The notes beneath the pieces were generated by a model. The model worked only from the letters and a program-made list of their open reading frames with translations, did no database searches and was not told the DNA's origin. Position numbers and translations under genes: made by a program. From Eledone cirrhosa (lineage: Eukaryota), in contig OZ024764.1 of the NCBI GenBank assembly GCA_964016885.1, positions 17,484,001 to 17,548,000 of the forward strand: a stretch of 64,000 nucleotides of DNA, given 5' to 3'. Below are positions 28,341-41,298 of the stretch, one piece after another (positions within the stretch are counted from its first letter, which is position 1; every line of letters begins with the position of its first letter).

Positions 28341-29028
28341 TATATATATAGATAGATAGATAGATGTTTGTGTGTGTATATATATATATATATATATACA
28401 CACAATGATAACTATACTATATTATACTCCAGAGAATATGTCGAGTGCTTTGAATCTGTTATAAACATATTTGTTGAATTACCAACAAATTAAATATCCC
28501 TTTTGCCTATATTTATATATATACAATTTTCAGTGATGAGGTGGTGGTGTAGCGCTGAGAAGGATATAGTGTCGTGTTTACATATTTGATTAAAATGATG
28601 GCCGTATTTTACAGGGTGGGGGTGGGGGATTGAAGTGGCGGGAGGGGAGGTAACCGTTTTAGATTTGACCCTCTGTCTGTGTGTGTGTATATATATATAT
28701 GGAGTATATACATACACAAATATGTGTATATATATATATGGAGGGAGGTCCTTCTGCATTTTCCGTTAAAGAAATTTCATTGACAAATAATTGGTTAACC
28801 CAAAGATAAGGCAGAAAACTTTGGCCTAAGTTGTCACCTCTTCTAGGGATTGAACTCAGACCAACAAGTTGCTGGGTGAACTCTTTAACCACTTAGCTAG
28901 TTATGTCTGGGTAGCTACATGTCTCGAATTAATACCCTGGAACTCTCTGGAGTGATTTTCTCTGGGGTATGTGAGATGTAGTGGGAGAAAAGACTGTGTG
29001 TATATGTGTTGTGTTGGGGAGAGGAAGG

Positions 29029-29059
<31 letters not shown>

Positions 29060-29552
29060 ATGAGACGAAAGGCTGTATGTGTGTGTGTGTGATGAGAGGC
29101 AAGGTTGTGTGTGTTTGTGTGTGTATATCTCTGTGTGCGTATGTTTGTGTGTGTCTCTGTGTCTGTATGTGTGTCTCTGTGTTTGTCTGGGCGGGTGTGT
29201 GTGTGTCTGTCTGTGTATATAAGAGAAATAGTTGACGGGGTTGGCTTTTGTAAAAAAATTCATCAGTAAATATTGATTCTTGTGACTACAGACTGAATAG
29301 AGTTCCGATTTGTGTTTCAAGATGTTGTTGGGTTGAAGTGGAGCTGGGTGGAGGTGAAGTGGGGTGGAGTGATGGTGGGTGGGTGAGTAGGGTATGGTGG
29401 TAGTGGGGGTGGGTATGGTGGTGGGGTATGTGGTGGTGAGGTGGTTGTGACAACAGTTCTGGTCTAAAGACAAATTTTCCAATTGATATCAAAATGTATG
29501 TTTGCCTCTCGAAATACCGTCTTTATATACTTATTGGTGTTTCTCTTGTGTG

Positions 29553-29619
<67 letters not shown>

Positions 29620-29668
29620 TTGTTTGTATATATATATGTATATATATATGTATATATATATATATGTG

Positions 29669-29701
<33 letters not shown>

Positions 29702-29899
29702 GTATATATATATGTATATATATATGTATATATATATATATGTATATATATATAAATATATATATGTATATATATGTATATATATACATATATATGTGTA
29801 TATATATATATATATACATATATACATATATATATATATACATATATACATATATATACATATATACATATATATATACGTATATATATATATATATAT

Positions 29900-29951
<52 letters not shown>

Positions 29952-30400
29952 ATATGTTTAATAAATAAGCTAAGATCTTTATTCTACCGTTTTCTTCGGT
30001 GTGTGTATATATATATATATGTGTGTATGTGTGTGTGTGTGTATTAATATAGACATGTATATAATATATATCTTCACACGTAGGTATAAAAACGTTCCGG
30101 CGTGTTTATCTTCGATTACATGTAATTGTGATTAAATTGAATGTATATAATTTGTTGTATTGAGCAGGTGTGTATATATATATATACGTTTGTCTCTCGT
30201 TATACATACAGACATACCTACATATATATATAAACACTTAAATATATATGTGCACACATACACACACTAAAACCTATATGTATATATATAAGTGCATATA
30301 TATATATATATATATACACTTATATATATACAAATATGTTTTAGTGTGTGTATGTGTATACATGCATATATATGTATCTATATATATGTATATAAGTATA

Positions 30401-30440
<40 letters not shown>

Positions 30441-30511
30441 GATACATATATATATACGTATACATATATAAATATATATATACATATATTTGAGTGTGTG
30501 TATATATATGT

Positions 30512-30550
<39 letters not shown>

Positions 30551-30646
30551 CCTATATATATATATACACACACCACAACCATTGTTTGACTTTAATATTA
30601 AGATTGACAGATAAAACAGCCAGCCTCTGTTGTTGTCACACACATA

Positions 30647-30697
<51 letters not shown>

Positions 30698-30787
30698 ACA
30701 CACACACACACATACACACACACACACATACACACACACACACATACACACACACATACACACACACACATACACACACACACACAT

Positions 30788-30829
<42 letters not shown>

Positions 30830-31047
30830 ACATACACACACACATACACACACACACATACACACACACACACACACACACATACACACTCACACACATA
30901 CACACTCACACACATACATATCTTTATTCCACCTTCAAACTTTAACCCTTTCATTACCATATTTCTAATGAAAGACACTGTTGGTGTTTGGAACATAACT
31001 TAAAGTTTCTTACATAAAATCCGCGGCACATGTGTGTGTGTGTGTGA

Positions 31048-31140
31048 GTCCAGGGTTCAATCGGGGGTAACAACAGTAAGTAAGGTACTCAATACATTAG
31101 TAGAGTGTATATAACAAATTTAATATAGAAATGGCTTCTA
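31048..31140 (-). mobile_element. Penelope-like tail fragment (same family as 32721-32934)
   Basis: GGGTTCAATCGGGGGTAACAACAGTAAGTAAGGTACTCAATACATT matches 32734-32780. Confidence 0.55.
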
Positions 31141-31208
31141 CACACACACACACATATATGTATATATATGTATATATATACATATTTATACACATATATA
31201 TATATATG

Positions 31209-31372
<164 letters not shown>

Positions 31373-31645
31373 TATACATATACACATATATATACATATA
31401 TATATATAAATATATATATATATATGCATATATACATACATACATATATATATATATACATACATACATATATACATACATACATATATATATATATACA
31501 TACATACATATATATATATATATACATACATACATATACATACATACATACATACATATATATATATACATATATATATATACATACATATATACATACA
31601 TATACATACATACATACATACATATATATATATACATATATATAT

Positions 31646-31687
<42 letters not shown>

Positions 31688-31740
31688 GTATATATATGTA
31701 TATATATATATATATATATATACATATATATGTATATATA

Positions 31741-31911
31741 CAGGTCCGTCTCAACAGCATTATAGCCCCCCCCCCCCCCCCCCGGGCAAAGCAGAGTACT
31801 GGGTCCCCTACCTACACAACCACTCACAGGAATAAAAATACAAATGGGTCCCCTATCCCCGTGGGACCCCCGGGCAACTGCCCAGCGTGCCCATGCGTTA
31901 AGACGGCTCTG
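31741..31911. mobile_element. hAT-like MITE
   Basis: Imperfect TIRs CAGGTCCGTCTCAAC / GTTAAGACGGCTCTG, embedded in (TA)n. Confidence 0.7.
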
Positions 31912-31990
<79 letters not shown>

Positions 31991-32218
31991 ACAGGTAGAC
32001 AGTCAATCAGCCAGGCTGACAGAGTGACAGAGTGACAGGTAGACAGACAGCCAGTCAATCTGACAGAGTGACAGACGATGTGATGGGCAAGTACGTCCTA
32101 ACGTTTGGACAGGCGGTGGGGGATCTCCATCAACTAACACTACCATATATATATATATACATATATATACATGTTTATACACGTATATATATATATACGT
32201 GTATATACATGTATATAC

Positions 32219-32355
<137 letters not shown>

Positions 32356-32374
32356 TGTATATACATATATATAC

Positions 32375-32432
<58 letters not shown>

Positions 32433-32461
32433 ATACATATATATTCAATCCGGAATAACTC

Positions 32462-32520
<59 letters not shown>

Positions 32521-32522
32521 CG

Positions 32523-32720
<198 letters not shown>

Positions 32721-32930
32721 GGTAAGTTATTCCGGGTTGAATCGGAGGTAACCACAGTAAGTAAGGTCCTCAATACATTGCAGAGTATAAAAGTTTTAAT
32801 ACAGATGAGATTCTACAGGACTAGAACTGTTTCATTCTTGAGAAATCATCAGGAATCTGGTAGATTCCTGATGATTTCTCAAGAATGAAACAGTTCTAGT
32901 CCTGTAGATTCTCATCTATATTAAAACTTT

Positions 32931-32934
<4 letters not shown>
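32721..32934 (-). mobile_element. Penelope-like terminal fragment with ~75-bp-arm fold-back palindrome
   Basis: Palindrome 32786-32934 with almost no spacer; each arm contains a hammerhead motif. Confidence 0.7.
32808..32858 (-). ncRNA. Type I hammerhead ribozyme motif (canonical CUGAUGA core, GUA triplet)
   Basis: Minus strand: AGATTC-CTGATGA-TTTC.TCAA.GAAT-GAAA-CAG.TTCTAGTC.CTG-TA|GAATCT. Stems I and III pair; the stem II base pair is U.U rather than G-C. An inverted copy at 32862-32912 has a stem I mismatch. Confidence 0.6.
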
Positions 32935-33017
<83 letters not shown>

Positions 33018-33056
33018 GTGTATATATAGAGAGAGAGAATATATTATATGTATATA

Positions 33057-33158
33057 CAGGGTGTTCCGAAAAAATGTATATACACTTTGATAACCTGTAC
33101 AGGCAATATTTATTAGAATGCACAGCCTTTGTGTATACATTTTGGGGGGGACACCCTG
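33057..33158. mobile_element. Tc1/mariner-type MITE
   Basis: TA|CAGGGTGTTCCGAAAAAATGTATA ... TATACATTTTGGGGGGGACACCCTG|TA. Confidence 0.75.
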
Positions 33159-33613
33159 TATATATATATACGTATGTATGTATATATATATATATATATA
33201 CACACACCAACATCATCACCACCCAGATAGACAACAACAATGACAAACCTCTCCCCCACCCCTCCCTTACCCTCTCCCCCTCCCCCTCCCTATGTAGGTG
33301 GTCTCCCGTTAAGGAAAACATAAGAGACAACATCGCCAGATTACACGAAATACTACAGAATCAATTTAATAAACACCTCCACCCCCGCCCCCGCCACCCC
33401 TTTCACCACCACCATCATCATCATCATCATCACCTCCTCTCTCCCTCTTTTTCTTTAGCCGCCACCACCACAACAACATCTCTTATGTACACACACATAT
33501 ATATATACATATACATATATATATATATATAAATTTATATATATACACACACATATATATATATACATATATATATATATGTATATATATACACACACAC
33601 ATACAGAGACACG

Positions 33614-33647
<34 letters not shown>

Positions 33648-33696
33648 CATATATATACATACATATATACTGTAGATATATATATGTATATACATA

Positions 33697-33772
<76 letters not shown>

Positions 33773-33828
33773 GAGACAGATAGGCACACATATATATATA
33801 TATAGAGAGAGGGGGGAGACAGATATAT

Positions 33829-33861
<33 letters not shown>

Positions 33862-33871
33862 TGTAAATATG

Positions 33872-35267
33872 CTAACATAGTACCCGTAAAAGGTGACGGG
33901 GTTCATAGGAAAAATATAAATCCTTGATAACATTCTATCTTAGACGCTTCGACCACAAACCCCGGTTTTTCGGCCACAAACCCCGGTACTGCAGCCACAA
34001 ACCCCGGTACTGCAGCCACAAACCCCGGTACTGCAGCCACAAACCCCGGTACTGCGGCCACAAACCTCGGTACTGCGGCCACAAACCCCGGTATTGCAGC
34101 CACAAACCCCGGTACTGCGGCCACAAACCCCGGTACTGCGGCCACAAACCCCGGTACTGCGGCCACAAACCCCGGTACTGCGGCCACAAACCCCGGTACT
34201 GCGGCCACAAACCCCGGTATTGCAGCCACAAACCCCGGTACTGCGGCCACAAACCCCGGTATTGCAGCCACAAACCCCGGTACTTCGGCCACAAACCCCG
34301 GTACTCCGGCCACAAACCCCGGTACTGCGGCCACAAACCCCGGTATTGCAGCCACAAACCCCGGTACTGCGGCCACAAACCCCGGTACTGCGGCCACAAA
34401 CCCCGGTACTGCGGCCACAAACCCCGGTATTGCAGCCACAAACCCCGGTACTGCGGCCACAAACCCCGGTATTGCAGCCACAAACCCCGGTACTTCGGCC
34501 ACAAACCCCGGTACTGCAGCCACAAACCCCGGTAGTGCGGCCACAAACCCCGGTACTGCGGCCACAAACCCCGGTATTGCAGCCACAAACCCCGGTACTG
34601 CGGCCACAAACCCCGGTACTGCGGCCACAAACCCCGGTATTGCAGCCACAAACCCCGGTACTGCGGCCACAAACCCCGGTACTGCGGCCACAAACCCCGG
34701 TATTGCAGCCACAAACCCCGGTACTGCGGCCACAAACCCCGGTACTGCAGCCACAAACCCCGGTATTTCGGCCACAAACCCCGGTACTGCAGCCACAAAC
34801 CCCGGTACTGCAGCCACAAACCCCGGTATTTCGGCCACAAACCCCGGTACTGCAGCCACAAACCCCGGTACTGCGGCCACAAACCCCGGTACTTCGGCCA
34901 CAAACCCCGGTACTGCGGCCACAAACCCCGGTACTGCGGCCACAAACCCCGGTACTGCGGCCACAAACCCCGGTACTGCGGCCACAAACCCCGGTACTTC
35001 GGCCACAAACCCCGGTACTGCGGCCACAAACCCCGGTACTGCGGCCACAAACCCCGGTACTGCGGCCACAAACCCCGGTACTGCGGCCACAAACCCCGGT
35101 ACTCCGGCCACAAACCCCGGTATTTCGGCCCGCAATGCAGAGGAAAGGAAGCCCAACAAACACCAGGGGTTGTCTGCACGTTTCCTCTTCACACTAGTCG
35201 CCCCCGAGACCTCAGGCGCTCTAAATGTAAGTGGTCGTCATTTGACAGTTGCTTTTTATTATAAAGA
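33872..35267 (-). mobile_element. Non-autonomous Helitron carrying an internal 21-bp minisatellite
   Basis: Minus strand has a 5' A|TCTTTATAATAAAAAGC start and a 3' hairpin CCCGTCACCTTTTACGGG followed by TACTATGTTAG (degenerate CTAG). Confidence 0.65.
33951..35130. repeat. 21-bp GC/CpG-rich minisatellite (~56 copies)
   Basis: Unit GCCACAAACCCCGGTACTGCG with variants TATTGCA, TACTTCG, TATTTCG. Confidence 0.97.
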
Positions 35268-35355
35268 TATATACATACACGCTGCCATATTTATAACTTT
35301 GTATTTTATGCTTGTAATTATGTCTGGATATCAGTGTTAATATGTCTTCTTGGAA

Positions 35356-35549
<194 letters not shown>

Positions 35550-35721
35550 ACATATAAATACATATATATAATATATATATATATATATAGCAATATATAA
35601 ATGTATATATAATTAAAAATATATGTATAAAATGGATAGATAATTAGATATGCATGTATTCCAAATTTATATTTATAAATACACCCACGTTTATATATAC
35701 ATGTATGTATATATAAATATA

Positions 35722-35752
<31 letters not shown>

Positions 35753-35757
35753 GTGTG

Positions 35758-35788
<31 letters not shown>

Positions 35789-35789
35789 A

Positions 35790-35836
<47 letters not shown>

Positions 35837-36059
35837 ATATATGTGTGTATACAGTGTATCTCTTAGCGGAACTAATTACAGGAACAAGGGTTTTTTTTTT
35901 ATATTTTCCCTCCCCGCCGCACCCCGTCTCGCCAAGCCACCCCACACCGTACTAAGCCACCTCCACGCCCCTACAGAGCCCCTTGTTGGGCTACCCCGCT
36001 GTTTTTGCCCTATTACTACACGCTCCGTTACCCGACACCGCGACATTAACAAACAGTCA

Positions 36060-36635
36060 TATTCAGGACTGATACTACCATCAAATCCAACTTGGGCAGT
36101 CGCCTAGGGCTCATTCAAACATCTTTAAAGGGTAACAGTTTTATATAGGATTGGCGCGACTATTAAGGCCACCTAGGGCAGCGAGCTAGGGCACCACAGA
36201 TCTCAGAGAGGTCCATTACTGAATCTTAAAGTTTTATATAGGGCTGCTGCTGTCTTTAAGGCTCACGGGGGAAGCCCCCTGGAGCACAGATCTTAGAGTA
36301 GGGTATTACTGAAACTTAAAGGTTCACAGTTTTATACAGGCCTGGTAATACCATGAAGGCCAACCAGGGCAACCTCGTAAGGGACAGACCTCAGAGAGAT
36401 ACATTACAGAACCTTAAAGGATAAGAGTTTCATAAAAGCTTATACAGGGTTGGTGCTATCATCAAAGCCAACTAGGATAGCTACAGACTTCTGAGAGGTG
36501 TATTACTGAACCTTAAGGGATCACAGTTTTATACAGGCTTGGTACAGTCTTTAAGGCTCAGGAGGGAATCCCCCTGGAGCACAGATCTTAGAGTAGGGCA
36601 TTACGGAACATTAAAGGTTCACAGTTTTATATCTC
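36060..36635. repeat. Old degenerate ~95-bp tandem repeat (~6 copies)
   Basis: Recurring ACAGATCT(C/T)AGAG...ATTACTGAA.CTTAAAG...ACAGTTTTATA(C/T)AGG. Resumes briefly at ~37190 after the CR1 and SINE insertions. Confidence 0.7.
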
Positions 36636-36636
36636 C

Positions 36637-36984
36637 ATGTGTCTAACACACGTGGACATGCCTACTAAATCAGAAAACAGCGCAGCTCCCATGACTTTCG
36701 TAGACATTTTTTCACGCTCAGAGTTGCTGAAGCATGGAACAAACTACCTGCATCAGTTGTTAGCGGCCGAGACACTGCATCAAGACCCTCATGCTTCCCG
36801 AAATACGCCAAAACTACACCTGATGTACCCCTTCCATACACATGCACACGTGTGTATCATGACTCATGCACTTCATTTTCCTGACGTTTGTACATTACCC
36901 TATATACTATACATGCACCTTTGATGAGTTGTAGTGCACCTGAGCACTGTACACAATATTTCATTATTATTATTATTATTATTA
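36637..36984 (+). mobile_element. CR1-type LINE 3' end with (ATT)n tail
   Basis: Translates SNTRGHAY*IRKQRSSHDFRRHFFTLRVAEAWNKLPASVV, the CR1 ORF2 C-terminal TRGH...FF..RV...WN.LP motif; ends in TTATTATTA. Confidence 0.8.
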
Positions 36985-36988
36985 TATA

Positions 36989-37186
36989 CAGGGCGGTGGA
37001 TTGGCAGTATCGGTAGAGGGTTGGACGCCATGCTGTCTAGCATAGTTACGTCCCTTTACAGTCTGAGTTCAAATCCCGCCGAGGTTAACTTTGCCTTTCA
37101 TCCTTACGGGGTCGATAAAATAAAGTACCAGTAATGTACTGGATAATTGCTGGCCTTGTGCCTAAAGTAGAAACAATTATTATTAT
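36989..37186 (+). mobile_element. tRNA-derived SINE with Nin/Deu-like central domain
   Basis: A-box-like TGGCAGTATCGG, B box GAGTTCAAATCC, core GCCTTTCATCCTTACGGGGTCGATAAAATAAAGTACCAG and (ATT)n tail. Confidence 0.85.
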
Positions 37187-37296
37187 ATATACAGGCTTGG
37201 TGCTACCATTAAGGCCGACTAGGGGACAGACATACACACACACACACACATGAAGACTGTAGACTTTCTCATCACCGCCACCACTATTATTATTAC

Positions 37297-37471
37297 TCGG
37301 TAGTGTGTCAGACGCAATGCTTTGCAGCATAGAGTTACAGCCCTTTACGGTCTGTGTTCAAATTCCGCCGAGGTTAACTTTGGCTTTCATCCTTACGGGG
37401 GTCGATAAAATAAAGTACCAGTAATACACTGAGGTAATTGCTGGCCTTGTGCCAATAGTAGAAACAATTAT
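37297..37471 (+). mobile_element. Same SINE family, second copy
   Basis: GTTCAAATTCCGCCGAGGTTAACTTTGGCTTTCATCC...GTAGAAACAATTATT. Confidence 0.85.
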
Positions 37472-37654
37472 TCATCACTACACCGCCACCGTTATTTGGC
37501 AAACCTCAATTGACGTAAAATGGATGAATTTTGTTTTTTAAAAGCCGAGATTTATTTTTCAGGGGAGGCAACTCATAGTTTGTTTTCAAAGGGGAATTAC
37601 TGTGTCATAGACTTCTAATCTTCAAATATTTTATTTATATATCTAAGTATAAAT

Positions 37655-37697
<43 letters not shown>

Positions 37698-37977
37698 TCT
37701 AGCACTTCCACCGTACAGGATAGACTGGGAGCTTTTTGTCGTATCACCAGCACAACCACCTTACAGGGTGAACTGGATGCTTTATATACGAATTATGTTC
37801 AGCTATTTTTACTTGGACTGGACTTGATCTTTACTCTTTAAACTCTGCTGCTGGGAATCGAACTTTGTGAAAAAAAAATATCCCATCTTGATGCAATCTG
37901 CGAATGGCGGAGTTTAGTGTCACAAGAAATTTGCATTATATAGGATTTTTTTCTCTCTCTAAGTGACATTTGCAAAG

Positions 37978-38160
37978 AAATAATTGTTTCTACTTTTGGC
38001 ACAAGGCCAGCAATTATTCCAGTGTATTACTGGTACTTTATTTTATCGACCCCGTAAAGATGAAACGCAAAGTTAACCTCGGCGGGATTTGACCGCTGAA
38101 CGTAAAGGGTCATAACTCTATGCTGTAAAGCATGGTGTCTGACGCTCTACCGATACTGCT
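37978..38160 (-). mobile_element. Same SINE family, reverse copy
   Basis: Reverse complement of the 36989 and 37297 copies. Confidence 0.85.
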
Positions 38161-38467
38161 ATAATATTTTAAAAACAGCGTCAACAATAGTTAGAGTTAG
38201 AATAGGAAAAATTGTTATAATTCAAACTTTTGCTCACAATTTAAAACATTCGACAATACGTAAAGATTTGAAGTTGTAAATACTGTCGTAAGGTGTTCGA
38301 ATCTTAACAAATCTTATTAATGACTGCATTGTTTCTTTCCAGGGACTAAGTTGAAATATAAACCACATTTGGTCATTCCAGGAGTATCTTCGTCAGCTTA
38401 TAAACTTTTTTAACCTACCTTAATATTTAAAACATTTTTATTTTTTAGGAATCTTTTCTTACTTTAA

Positions 38468-39433
38468 CCCTTTAGTATTTAAACTGGCCATATCCGGTCG
38501 TAACTAGCCACTCATACTGATTTAAAGGTATTATTCTCAAAATAAATAATATTAAAATCTCAGATTTGATATCCGAGTTAAGGCCTTTACTGTGACAATA
38601 CAATAGTATATATAGAGTAATGTAAATGTTATGTGAGATATTATGTGAGGTAAAGCCTTTACTGTGAAAATACAATAGTATATATAGAGTAATGTAAATG
38701 TTATGTGAGGTATTATGTGAGGTAAAGCATTTACTGTGAAAATATAATAGTATATATAGAGTAATGTAAATGTTATGTGAGATATTATGAGGTAAAGCCT
38801 TTACTGTGACAATACAATAGTATATATAGAGTAATGTAAATGTTATGTGAGATATTATGTGAGGTAAAGCCTTTACTGTGAAAATATAATAGTATATATA
38901 GAGTAATGTAAATGTTATGTGAGATATTATGTGAGGTAAAGCCTTTACTGTGACAATACAATAGTATATATAGAGTAATGTAAATGTTATGGGAGATATT
39001 ATGCGAGGTAAAGCCTTTACTGTGAAAATACAATAGTATATATAGAGTAATGTAAATGTTATGTGAGATATTATGTGAGGTAAAGCCTTTACTGTGAAAA
39101 TACAATAGTATATATAGAGTAATGTAAATGTTATGGGAGATATTATGCGAGGTAAAGCCTTTACTGTGATAATACAATAGTATATTTAGAGTAATGTAAA
39201 TGCTAAAGTGGTAACCCTTTAACATCTGCATTACTCTATATATATATACTATTGTATTTTCACAGTAAAGGCTTTATTTCACATATCAAATAATACCGAA
39301 TCCATGAGATTTTGATGTTACTTATTTTGAGAACAATACCTTAACATCAGTATGAGTGGCCAGTTACGGCCAGTTTGAACAGAAAGAGGTGAGAGAATTC
39401 TGATCAGATATGGCTGGTTTAAATGCTAAAGGG
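38468..39433. mobile_element. Two abutting piggyBac-like MITEs; the first has an internal 72-bp tandem amplification (38582-39200)
   Basis: TTAA|CCCTTTAG at 38464 and GCTAAAGGG|TTAA at 39425-39437, with a shared degenerate junction at ~39211. A 72-bp unit GTAAAGCCTTTACTGTGAAAATACAATAGTATATATAGAGTAATGTAAATG... is repeated ~8.5 times. Confidence 0.75.
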
Positions 39434-39661
39434 TTAACTCTAACTCGGATTGACGCTGTTTTTTAAATGTTATTTCCTTGCAAATATCTCAACCAAAGTA
39501 TTTACAATTTTGAATAACTAGAAATTTCCTAATTTTTAGTTATTTGAAATTGTAGAAAGTGGTCGAGAGTTTGAATCACAGCTAAGGTTTGTATTTGTTA
39601 AGATTCGTATTCACAACCACTGTAGTTACAATCTTGAATAACCAAAAATTAGGCACTTATC

Positions 39662-39985
39662 GCAGTTTCCATGGCAACCGAGTGTACAAGACTCCCTCCT
39701 GGACAGGACGCCAATCCATCACAAGGTTAAAACCCAGTTATTGCTGCTACTTCTGGTTTCCTTGGTATGAAGTGACTGAGTGTACAATACATTCTCCTGG
39801 ATAGGACAGCAGTCCATTGCAGGGTTAAACCTCCAGTTATTGCTGGTTCTTATCCTGGTTTCATGGTGCAAAGCAACTGAGAGTACAAGACTCCCTGCTG
39901 GACAGAATGACAGTCCATTGCACGGTTAAACTCCCTGGTTTCCTTGGTACTAAGTGACAGAGTACAAAACTCATCTTGGACTAGG
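39662..39985. repeat. Degenerate ~90-110-bp tandem repeat, probably SINE-derived
   Basis: TTTCC(A/T)TGG...GAGTACAAGACTCCC...CTGGACAGGAC...GTCCAT...GGTTAAA recurs ~4 times. Confidence 0.6.
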
Positions 39986-40058
39986 AGCAGCACATTTTAT
40001 TAAAATAAAAAAGGTTATGTCATCAGAGAGGGTGAGAAATACTATGGTAGCTGGATCA

Positions 40059-40722
40059 TTAACCCTTTAGCATTTAAACCAGCCAGAATTCTCTCACCTC
40101 TTTCTGTTCAAACCAGCTGTAACTGGCCACTCATACTGATGTTAACCCTTTAGCATTTACATTACTCTATATATACTATTGTATTGTCACAGTAAAGGCT
40201 TTACCTCACATAACATTTACATTACTCCATATATACTATTGTTTTCACGGTAAAGGTTTTACCTCACATAATATCAAATCTATGAGATCTTGATATTATT
40301 TTGAGAACAAAAACTTAAAGTCGGTATGAGGAGCAAGTTACAGCTGGTTTGAACAAAAAAAGGTGAGAGAATTCTGTTCAGATATGGCCGGTTTAAATAC
40401 TAATGGGTTAAGGCATTGTTCTCGAAATAAATATCATCCAAATCTCATTATGTGAGTTAAAGCCTTTACTGTGAAAATACAATAGTATATATAGAGTAAT
40501 GTAAATGTTATGGGAGATATTATGTGAGGTAAAGCCTTTACTGTGACAATACAATAGTATATATAGAGTAATGTAAATGTTATGTGAGGTAAAGCCTTTA
40601 CTGTGAAAATACAATAGTATATATAGAGTAATGTAAATGTTATGGGAGATATTATGTGAGGTAAAGCCTTTACTGTGAAAATACAATAGTATATATAGAG
40701 TAATGTAAATGCTAAATGGTTA
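40059..40722. mobile_element. Cluster of nested piggyBac-like MITEs (same family as 38468-39433)
   Basis: TTAACCCTTTAGCATTTA at 40059 and 40142, ...TAATGGGTTAA at ~40410, GCTAAATGGTTAA at ~40722. The 72/60-bp internal unit is repeated again. Confidence 0.7.
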
Positions 40723-40859
40723 AAGTCAGATAAGCTATCATCAGAGAGTGAAAAAAAAAGGAATTTTTTCAGATGTATGATCTGTCTGATTATCATGGGG
40801 CAAGCAGCACTATGGGGGCTGGGATTTAACCCTGTAGTACTTATATTACTCTATATTTA

Positions 40860-41298
40860 TTGTGTCTGTGTGTCTGTGTGTCTTATGACTCATACACAGT
40901 CTCAGCAACTCACCACTCTGCCCAGGTCTTCCTTGGTCTACCTCTGCTGCAGTTTCCTTTCACTGAGATTCCCCAACAATCATCATCCATGCACATCACA
41001 TATCCATACTACCCAATTTCCTCTCTGCCCAGGTCTTCCTTGGTCTACCTCTGCTGCAGTTTCCTTTCACTGAGATTCCCCAACAATCATCATCCATGCA
41101 CATCACATATCCATACTACCCAATTTCCTCTCTGCCCAGGTCTTCCTTGGTCTACCTCTGCTGCAGTTTCCTTTCACTGAGATTCTCCAATACTTCTTCA
41201 CCCACCAATAATTATCCATACACATCACATGTCTGTACCAAAGCAGTCTTCTCTCACTTGCACACCACCTCAGATTCCTCTTAAACCCAGTTTCTCCC
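40860..41298 (-). mobile_element. RTE LINE ORF2 C-terminal fragment with 107-bp tandem duplication
   Basis: Minus strand encodes ...GNCSRGRPRKTWAE. CTCTGCCCAGG recurs at 40916, 41023 and 41130. Confidence 0.7.

Noticed and set aside
30075-30110. TATAAAA with nearby CpG motifs as a promoter
   Set aside because: No associated gene or transcript evidence, and the motif is expected by chance in AT-rich DNA.
33903-35197. Elastin-like (VPGFVAA)n and other repeat ORFs
   Set aside because: Open in five frames because of a stop-free 21-bp unit, and located inside a Helitron-like element.
36989-37090. tRNA gene
   Set aside because: A and B boxes are present but there is no cloverleaf, and the sequence continues into SINE body and tail.
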